Origin: Candidatus Sulfotelmatobacter sp.
GTDB lineage: Archaea; Thermoproteota; Bathyarchaeia; Bathyarchaeales; Bathycorpusculaceae
Direction: 5' to 3'
Length of the DNA stretch: 64,000 nucleotides
Assembly: GCA_035297385.1 (NCBI GenBank)
Contig: DATGZD010000049.1
Span: 5,808-69,807, forward strand
Both the position numbers and the translations under genes were made by a program. The notes below the pieces were generated by a model. It did no database searches and had not been told where the DNA came from. It was given only the letters and a program-made list of their open reading frames with translations. The first letter of the stretch is position 1. Each line of letters begins with the position of its first letter. Positions 58,785 to 64,000 of the stretch are shown one piece after another.

Positions 58785-59066
58785 TTAGCCTCCGTGAACT
58801 ACTGGAACAAAAACTATTTCATCACCGTCCTTCAAAGCAGTATCCAATCCGTTTAGGATGCTGATTTCTCTTCCATTCACAAGAATTAACGCATTAGGTC
58901 GTAAATCATTAACTTCGCCAGCAACTAGGCTTCTTCTTAACTCGGGCAATTTCTCGCTAACCCTATAAACTAACTCTTTCACTGAACATGCTGCACATTC
59001 GACAGCCTTTGAGTTTACACCCGAAGTATGTCGTAGAGCTCCAATGAACTTAACAGTCACACTCAT
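58785..59066 (-). CDS. MoaD/ThiS-family ubiquitin-like protein (SAMP-like, C-terminal GG)
   Basis: 93 aa. Beta-grasp pattern ending ...DEIVFVPVVHGG. Confidence 0.7.
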   Translation of the reverse strand: MSVTVKFIGALRHTSGVNSKAVECAACSVKELVYRVSEKLPELRRSLVAGEVNDLRPNALILVNGREISILNGLDTALKDGDEIVFVPVVHGG

Positions 59067-59088
59067 TCCTAATTCTTCAACTCGACTC

Positions 59089-60459
59089 TTATAGGATGAT
59101 AATCAAAGATATATCGTTAACATTCGTTCCCGTTGGACCAGTAAAAATCAGGTCCCCAAGCTTAGAGAAAAAACTGTATGAATCATTATCTGCCAAGAAA
59201 TCATCAGGGTCTAGCTTCAAATGATCAGCGCAGTCCAGAGTCTTGCCATCAACAATTGCGCCTGCAGCATCCGTCGGACCGTCAACACCGTCCGTACTCA
59301 GCGAAGCAATAACAACACTACTGTTCTTGAGTTTTGGAGCTGCTGAAAGAGCTAATTCCTGATTTCTTCCCCCACGTCCTTTACCTCGCACGGTAACAAC
59401 GGTTTCCCCACTTAGTACGATAGCAGCAGGTTTGTGTATAGGATTACCTGATAAATCGACTTCCGCAGCGATTGACGACATGATTCTTCCAACAGTTTTT
59501 GCTTCACCCTCTAAGCTAGAGGTCAAGAGAAGAGTGTTTAGTCCTTCAGACTTAAGGAATTCAATAGCAGCAATAGCTGCAAACCTACAGTTTCCCAGTA
59601 TAAGTGAATGAACTTTCTCAAAACAAACATCATCTGCTTTTGGAGTTTCTGGGATAATACCTTTTTCTCCATCGCAGATTAGCCTGCGAATAGATGGAGG
59701 AGCGCTTTTCCACAAATCATATCGCTCTAAAATTCTATGAGCATCAGCGAAGGTTGTTGAATCAGGTACCGTTGGACCTGAGGCAATAGACTCCAAAGAG
59801 TCGCCTACTACATCGGAGATAATAAGGTTCAAGATTGTTGCAGGGCAAGCTTTCTTAGCAAGCCAGCCTCCCTTTACGTAAGAGAGATGCTTTCGAACAG
59901 CATTAATCTCATCTATTCTTGCACCACTTTTTAATAATTTATCCGTTAGTTCACGCTTATCTTGAAGAGATATATTTCGTGGCAAGGGAATGAGGCTGGA
60001 CCCACCGCCAGAGATCAAAACGATAACTAAATCATCTTCACTCGTGTTTTCTATAATTTCCATCATACGGCGTGTGCCTGTTACACCAGATTCATCAGGA
60101 ATGGGATGACTTGCCTCATGAAGTTCAATTTTGTTTGTTTTAAGCTTGGTACCATTAGGAATATTCACTAATCCTCTTGTTATACGATCAGCTAATATCT
60201 CCTCCAACGCAACAGCCATAGAAGCTGCCGCTTTTCCTCCACCTATGACATAGAGATGCTGATACTTGCCAAGATCAAAACAATAAGGTTCTGCATAGAG
60301 TTGGTTGTTGCTGATTTTGACCTTAGATTTGAGTAATTTTGCTGCATCAACAGCGTTTAGTACATATTCAAGACTGTTTAAGGCAATAGTTCGGGCTTTG
60401 CGTGTATTACCTGGCGCCCTATTGTTGATTAAATAATCTTTGTTTTTTATTCTAATCAT
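59089..60459 (-). CDS. Glycerate 2-kinase (DUF4147 + MOFRL)
   Basis: 456 aa. VIGGGKAA, LISGGGSSL, ISDVVGD and C-terminal GPTGTNVNDI. Confidence 0.85.
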   Translation of the reverse strand: MIRIKNKDYLINNRAPGNTRKARTIALNSLEYVLNAVDAAKLLKSKVKISNNQLYAEPYCFDLGKYQHLYVIGGGKAAASMAVALEEILADRITRGLVNIPNGTKLKTNKIELHEASHPIPDESGVTGTRRMMEIIENTSEDDLVIVLISGGGSSLIPLPRNISLQDKRELTDKLLKSGARIDEINAVRKHLSYVKGGWLAKKACPATILNLIISDVVGDSLESIASGPTVPDSTTFADAHRILERYDLWKSAPPSIRRLICDGEKGIIPETPKADDVCFEKVHSLILGNCRFAAIAAIEFLKSEGLNTLLLTSSLEGEAKTVGRIMSSIAAEVDLSGNPIHKPAAIVLSGETVVTVRGKGRGGRNQELALSAAPKLKNSSVVIASLSTDGVDGPTDAAGAIVDGKTLDCADHLKLDPDDFLADNDSYSFFSKLGDLIFTGPTGTNVNDISLIIIL

Positions 60460-60519
60460 ACAAGAGTATGCCCTTTGAGAAGACTCAGTTAGTATTGTCT
60501 CGAAAGGATACTTTAAAAG

Positions 60520-60894
60520 TTAATTTTCAACATGCTCATCCATCATTGTTTCGACGATATCTGAAGCAATCTGAACAAGGGTGTTAGCTTGTTGCATTAT
60601 TGCTTCACCGTTTATTTCCTCTAGCTGTGATAACTGTTGCACAGCACCCTCAATGCCAGTCAAGAAACGCAGGACAGAATCATTTGACACTTGAGTTTTT
60701 GCTACTTCATCTCTTAACAAGATTTCAATAAAGGCAGGTTCACCTAAACTATAATAGATTGCACTTTTAGCTTTTCTAATTGCTTCCAAAAGTAGGCTTG
60801 GTGCCATGTAAGGAATTTTTCGTGCCGCTTCTAATTCTGCTTTTGCTTCGCGAAGATACCGTAATGCCCATCCTTTTCTGTAAATGTCCATCAT
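60520..60894 (-). CDS. Hypothetical helical protein (HEPN-like fold guess, no R-x4-6-H motif)
   Basis: 124 aa. WALRYLREAKAELEAARK resembles the first HEPN helix. Weak call. Confidence 0.35.
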   Translation of the reverse strand: MMDIYRKGWALRYLREAKAELEAARKIPYMAPSLLLEAIRKAKSAIYYSLGEPAFIEILLRDEVAKTQVSNDSVLRFLTGIEGAVQQLSQLEEINGEAIMQQANTLVQIASDIVETMMDEHVEN

Positions 60895-60918
60895 TAAGGT
60901 CGCAATTCCGTGAATAAG

Positions 60919-61158
60919 CTAAGTTTCTGCTTCTTCTTCGTCGCCGAGTTCCTCTGTTGAGGTTTCTGCGCCTTCTTCAGGGGCACATGCGTTTGTTATG
61001 TATCCTGCAATTTGATTGCGGATTCGCGGTGTTGTTCCAGATGTGAGTTCAGTGACTGCTTTCTTATTGTCTTCGAAGCTTTTTGAGAATTTATCTGGAT
61101 AGCGCTCTATTAGTTCTTTACCTAGTCGTTTGATTTGTTCAGTTTTGACTTTTCCCAA
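60919..61158 (-). CDS. rps17e: Ribosomal protein S17e
   Basis: MGKVKTEQIKRLGKELIERYPDKFSKSFEDNKK...RNQIAGYIT, with an acidic C-terminal tail. TTG start. Confidence 0.9.
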   Translation of the reverse strand: MGKVKTEQIKRLGKELIERYPDKFSKSFEDNKKAVTELTSGTTPRIRNQIAGYITNACAPEEGAETSTEELGDEEEAET

Positions 61159-61366
61159 ACTATATTCTCCTTATTCTTTGCTGATATCATTCTCCTTTGG
61201 CATGAAGGCACAAGGGCATCTCCCAAATAGGTTTTGTATTAATTTAAGCTTATGCATTCCACGTACTTACATAGGGATTAATAGAATGAATTCTGCTCTG
61301 AATTTTGGATTTGTTAAGCATATATACACGAAAGTCAGAGAAATAGAAAGCACGGAGAACTAAAAC

Positions 61367-61591
61367 ATGCCAGTTCCTAGAGTCGAGGATGGTAAATGGT
61401 CGAAAGAACGTGAAAGAACAAAATCAGGCAGATGGCGAAAAAAACGTTCAGATGCAAACAAATCAAGGAAAAAACCCAGCGGATTAAAACGCGCTTTGGT
61501 TGCTCTCGCAGCGATAATTGTTATACTTGTGGTAGTTGTGGTCTTGCTCTTTCCACAATGGCTCGGATTACCTCATATTCTCCCATTCTAA
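61367..61591 (+). CDS. Small membrane protein with a highly basic N-terminal region
   Basis: 74 aa. ATG 8 nt after GGAGA. Arg/Lys-rich first 45 aa, then one TM helix. Confidence 0.45.
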   Translation: MPVPRVEDGKWSKERERTKSGRWRKKRSDANKSRKKPSGLKRALVALAAIIVILVVVVVLLFPQWLGLPHILPF

Positions 61592-61605
61592 GAAAACCCA
61601 ATATG

Positions 61606-62385
61606 CTATGCGAGCTTTACGTTAAAGAATGCCTCAAAATTCGTGATAATCTGCTCTGCAACGGCGTTGACTTGCATGTTCTTGATTTCCGCAATTGATT
61701 CAACAACTTTTTGTATAAAAGATGGTGTGGTTAATTGTCCATTGAATGGTGGTTTAAAGTATTTTACGGGTCCATCTGTCTCAGTCAGCAGGTTTGTAAT
61801 CGGCACTTGCGATATAACGTCACGAATGCCGTTGGAATACGTCACTGTTGGTCCTTCAGTTATGAAGTATCCACGCGATACTGCTTGAGCTAGAGCCGTT
61901 ATTGGATAACTGAACCAATGTAACAGAACTCGTTTAAGATTATATGAAGGAAGCATATCAACGATTTGTTGAGTTGTTCCTCTCGAATGAATTATTACGG
62001 GTAAACCCAGACTCTCAGCTAGCCTCAGCATTTTATCAAAAACCAAGAGCTGTTTATCCCATACCTTCTCATACTTAATGTCTAAACCGATTTCACCAAT
62101 ACCGATTACTGATTTTTTCTGGTTTTGTTCATTTATTAGCTGTAGGGTATCGTCTAATTCATTTTGTTTCAATATATTTACATTCCAAGGATGTATACCC
62201 AGAGCGGCATAAACTAAATCAGGGTATTTCTCTTTTAGTTGTAAGGTTTGTAAGCTAGTTTGAAAATCCACCGAGTTACACACTAAAGCTGCAACGTTGG
62301 AATTTTTGGCATCCATTATTACATCATTGATATGATCAGCGTACTCTTGATCTGAGAGGTGAATGTGTGCATCAATAAGCTTCAA
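61606..62385 (-). CDS. tatD: TatD-family metal-dependent nuclease/hydrolase
   Basis: MKLIDAHIHL, GEIGLD, IIHSR and TDGP motifs. TTG start. Confidence 0.9.
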   Translation of the reverse strand: MKLIDAHIHLSDQEYADHINDVIMDAKNSNVAALVCNSVDFQTSLQTLQLKEKYPDLVYAALGIHPWNVNILKQNELDDTLQLINEQNQKKSVIGIGEIGLDIKYEKVWDKQLLVFDKMLRLAESLGLPVIIHSRGTTQQIVDMLPSYNLKRVLLHWFSYPITALAQAVSRGYFITEGPTVTYSNGIRDVISQVPITNLLTETDGPVKYFKPPFNGQLTTPSFIQKVVESIAEIKNMQVNAVAEQIITNFEAFFNVKLA

Positions 62386-62541
62386 TATAGTTCACCTAAA
62401 GTTTGGTATTAGAATATACGTTATTTTAGTTTTCTTTTTTTGGTTAACAGCCCTAAAGGTAAACAATTAATTAAAAGAATGGACAGACAAAAAGGGTTAA
62501 ATACAGCTTCAAAAAGAAAAAGAAGCTGCGGAGAGTCGTTT

Positions 62542-62763
62542 ATGACCGATTTAGATTTAGCTGTTGCTCCCATGCACAGATTATGCAAAAAAGTAAACGC
62601 AGAAAGAGTAAGTGAAGCAGCAGCAAAAGAATTAGCGAAAGTTTTAGATGAGATTGGTTGTAAGATTGCTAAAGAAGCACTTGATTTTGCGATGCATGCT
62701 GGAAGAAAAACGATTAAAGCAGAAGATATTGAAATAGCAGCTAAAAAAGTCATGGGAAAATAA
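62542..62763 (+). CDS. Archaeal histone (histone fold)
   Basis: [66 protein letters not shown] prefer the ATG at 62542, 7 nt after GGAGAG. The ORF is open back to the TTG at 62440. Confidence 0.85.
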   Translation: MTDLDLAVAPMHRLCKKVNAERVSEAAAKELAKVLDEIGCKIAKEALDFAMHAGRKTIKAEDIEIAAKKVMGK

Positions 62764-62811
62764 AAGGAACTCTCAATTCCTCCTTTCTTTGTATTCAAGA
62801 AATTGTCACTA

Positions 62812-63006
62812 CTTAAGAGAATTTTTGCTGCCGTCTTAAGAGATAGAACTACCGCTTCTTTCTCGAGCTTCCTAACAAAATTATTTTGTCTAATTGAGCT
62901 TCAACAGAATTACAAAAGCAAACTAATTTTTCCATACTTTTTAATGGAAAATGTACTAAAAGCGTATAAACCCCTTCTATCTCTAAGTTTTCACCTCGCT
63001 TAAGAG
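62812..63006. promoter_or_regulatory. Three exact CTTAAGAG octamers upstream of purF (candidate operator motif)
   Basis: Copies lie at 62812-62819, 62835-62842 and 62999-63006. The last overlaps the SD-like GAGGT just before the purF start region. Confidence 0.35.
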
Positions 63007-63015
63007 GTATGAAGA

Positions 63016-64000
63016 ATAGGCTGCGGTATCTTCGGCATAATAAGTTTCGAGAATGAGCCAGTCTTTCCATACGTTTACTGGGGTCTCCGCTCCCAGAATC
63101 ATCGGGGACACCAATCTCATGGGTTTTTGACGTATAACAATGAGAAATTTTACGTTTACAAAAACTTAGATTTAGTTCCAAAATTAAAAACTAGTGCGAT
63201 TCAAGAATGGTTTGGACGTTTGCCAGGCTCCATGGGCATCGGAAACGTTCGTTATACGACATCAGGTAAATGCGATGAGCAATCTATCGTTCAGGGCACA
63301 CAGCCTATGACGGCAGAAGCGAATGGAGTTAAACTCGCAGTTTCTTTTAATGGTAATATTGTTAACACGCAACAACTAAAACAAGAAATCTCTGGACAGT
63401 TACAGGATTTTTCTTGCTGCTGCGATTCCGACCTTGTTTGTCATAAACTATTGCTTGAGTTAACTCATGGAAAAAACTTGGAGTCGGCGGTTAAAACTGT
63501 AATGCAAAGTTTGGATGGCTCATTCTCGGTTATTGGCATAACTGCAAACGGAGATTTCTTTGCCTTCAAAGACCCGCATGGAATAAAACCATTATGTGCA
63601 GGTCATAATTCAGATGGAACTCTGTATGCTTTTTCCTCAGAAACGGTTAGCTTAGATATAAACGGTTTGATCCGAGACTTCGAACTAAACCCAGGTGAAC
63701 TGGTGACTGTCTCAAAGGCAGGTTTTAAGCGACAGCAACTCATAGAAAACCCCCGTAAAGCTTTCTGTGCATTTGAATATGCCTACTTTGCTAGGCCTGA
63801 CTCTCGCTTTGATGGAAAATATGTTTATGAGATACGCGAAGAATTTGGAAGAAATCTAGTTCATGAATTTCCAGAGATCATCAAAGATTCAGATTTAATC
63901 ATGTCGGTGCCAGAAACCGGTGACGATCCCGCCATGGGGGTGCATGAGGCTTCTGGATTACGTTGGGAACGTGCTAGTCGCAGACATAGATACGTGACTG
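63016..64000 (+). CDS. purF: Amidophosphoribosyltransferase, 3' end beyond the window; start codon non-canonical or unresolved
   Basis: Hand translation gives (I)GCGIFGIISFENEP...QNHRGHQSHGF...GIGNVRYTTSG...PETGD. Catalytic Cys codon at 63022-63024. An in-frame TGA lies at 63010-63012. The frame is open to the window end. Confidence 0.9.
   Translation, partial: MGCGIFGIISFENEPVFPYVYWGLRSQNHRGHQSHGFLTYNNEKFYVYKNLDLVPKLKTSAIQEWFGRLPGSMGIGNVRYTTSGKCDEQSIVQGTQPMTAEANGVKLAVSFNGNIVNTQQLKQEISGQLQDFSCCCDSDLVCHKLLLELTHGKNLESAVKTVMQSLDGSFSVIGITANGDFFAFKDPHGIKPLCAGHNSDGTLYAFSSETVSLDINGLIRDFELNPGELVTVSKAGFKRQQLIENPRKAFCAFEYAYFARPDSRFDGKYVYEIREEFGRNLVHEFPEIIKDSDLIMSVPETGDDPAMGVHEASGLRWERASRRHRYVT

Noticed and set aside
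62421-62798. 125-aa minus-strand ORF antisense to the histone gene
   Set aside because: It is a shadow ORF. The plus strand encodes an unmistakable histone fold, and the antisense product is hydrophobic low-complexity sequence.
1-64000. Searched by eye for tRNA T-arm/acceptor patterns, rRNA, CRISPR repeat arrays, IS elements, integrases and toxin-antitoxin or defence genes
   Set aside because: I found none. All intergenic gaps are under 500 bp and AT-rich. The only nuclease-like accessory proteins (Mut7-C, the HEPN-like protein, TatD) are solitary and in housekeeping contexts. An automated tRNA/ncRNA scan would be needed to be certain.

Overview
This window is a densely coding archaeal chromosomal segment. 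I count about 76 protein genes, short intergenic spacers and frequent 1-17 nt gene overlaps. It looks AT-rich by eye, but I did not compute GC content. Most genes are core housekeeping.

**Gene content**
- Replication and repair: Gins23-type GINS plus MCM, FEN1, endonuclease Q, an Ogt-like methyltransferase, and TatD.
- Transcription and chromatin: RpoK, Alba, and a histone.
- Translation: the L44e-S27e-aIF2alpha-Nop10 block, S25e, S26e, S17e, aEF-1beta, Pth2, TruD, Trm5, and RtcA.
- Proteostasis: proteasome beta subunit, CDC48, a PAC2-like chaperone, thermosome, TldD/PmbA, and PIMT.
- Metabolism: GlmS, GDH, WecB, NMNAT, TrpB2, a dihydroorotase-like enzyme, glycerate kinase, and the PurF 5' end.
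- Archaeal lipid genes: geranylgeranyl reductase, a CDP-alcohol phosphatidyltransferase, and a Tes/GDGT-MAS-like radical SAM enzyme.

**Likely source.** S25e, S26e, Alba, a histone and a Gins23-MCM operon together point to a TACK-type archaeon, possibly Bathyarchaeia-like. That assignment is inference only.

**Not found.** I saw no rRNA, tRNA, CRISPR array, transposase or integrase.

**Most notable observations**
1. Three conserved genes lack a usable ATG/GTG/TTG start. The rpoK frame runs directly in-frame out of the thermosome TAG stop. In purF, the catalytic Cys sits three codons after a TGA. A TrmB-like regulator has a conserved-looking N-terminus upstream of its first ATG. Very heavy TTG start usage forms the background.
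2. A permuted pair of exact 13-nt and 11-nt repeats flanks the TrmB-like gene. One copy lies in the divergent promoter shared with the Tes-like tetraether-lipid synthase gene. The other lies at the 3' end of an 871-aa secreted beta-propeller envelope protein gene.
3. A GH57/GT4 glucan cluster contains a stand-alone paralogue of only the GT N-terminal half.
4. A small island encodes bacterial-type general-stress proteins, headed by two divergent classical C2H2 zinc-finger mini-proteins.

All functional calls rest on motif recognition by eye, and no database search was run.
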